A DNA stretch of 63,544 nt, filler included, from Reticulomyxa filosa (Eukaryota; Protista; Foraminifera): assembly GCA_000512085.1 (NCBI GenBank). It is 25 parts of 25 records of this genome, joined end to end, with 100 filler letters (N's around TTAATTAATTAA, not from the genome) between each part and the next. Parts side by side here need not be neighbours in the genome. Positions count along the whole stretch, not along the records: positions 61,872 to 63,544 come from ASPP01025690.1; 24 more parts are not named here. The stretch is one strand, 5' to 3'. Numbering within the stretch: position 1 is the first letter of the stretch; every line of letters starts with the position of its first letter. The position numbers were made by a program, and so were the translations under genes. The notes below the pieces were generated by a model, which was not told the DNA's origin, ran no database searches, and was given only the letters and a program-made list of their open reading frames with translations. Positions 63,074 through 63,544 of the stretch are shown here, piece by piece.

Positions 63074-63385
63074 ATGTTTTGTTTTAAGTCCATCTATTTT
63101 TGTTGTGATATTAATATTCCCTTGGCCGACACTGACAATCACAACAACATAAAACAAAGGGCTCAACTGGTGCAAGTAGTGAACAGTCAAGCCTCAGTCT
63201 ATGCGCTGCAGGCCAATCAATGGCAAGAACGAGGCCAAAGTGGTCAATTGATGCTGTATTACTACACGACGTCCCCACAAGATTTATTGATACGTTGGTG
63301 GAAGGGTGACCAATCTCTAGCCTATCAATTAGTCCACGGCAAATTGAAGCCAAAGGGCGACAGATCATGGGTGTTGCGGGCATAT
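63074..63385 (+). CDS. PH-superfold (RanBD/EVH1-like) domain protein, exon
   Basis: ASVYAL..NQWQERGQSGQLML...LKPKGDRSWVLRA resembles RanBD WKERGxG and DRSWV motifs; GTATGT donor at 63386. The start is uncertain. Confidence 0.55.
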
Positions 63386-63544
63386 GTATGTCTCAAACCA
63401 CACAATGTCAACTCCTACAACAGAATAGCCTCTTTTTTTGTTCACTATGGTTTTTTTTTTTTTTTAAACATGCAAAAAGAGTTACTTTTTTTTTTTTTTT
63501 AAAAAAAAAAAAGGGGTAGATTTTAAAAAGTTCTCATTTATTTG

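Overview
This window is not one locus. It is 25 short assembly contigs joined by 24 artificial 100-bp linkers (N44-TTAATTAATTAA-N44), so adjacency is meaningful only within a contig. Twenty-two contigs come from an AT-rich, intron-containing eukaryote with microsatellite-laden introns and expanded Kelch/WD40 families. This fits a foraminiferan such as Reticulomyxa filosa, but that is inference. Three GC-rich contigs (2197-3272, 12576-13601, 48243-49360) are bacterial co-assembled DNA. Recognisable host genes include a MAP kinase, a Kelch+WD40 protein, a U-box/VWA/ubiquitin-like/E2 fusion, a SAM-domain protein, a class II HDAC, a FABP-like protein, a NIPA transporter, two RNF213-like fragments, an ERG4-like sterol reductase, a serpin and a caspase-like protein. 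There are also Tc1 and Ty3/Gypsy remnants and pseudogenes. The top candidate for a new system is 53087-59698 (-): a >2,000-aa protein in which two membrane-anchored extracellular dCache-like sensor modules are spliced in frame to a two-pore (2x6TM, EF-hand) channel with glutamate-containing filters and charge-poor S4 segments, i.e. a possible ligand-gated chemoreceptor channel. The next candidates are an all-in-one U-box/VWA/Ubl/E2 protein and an RNF213-like gene in tandem with a beta-grasp/pseudo-caspase gene. All family assignments come from motif recognition by eye; no database searches were run.
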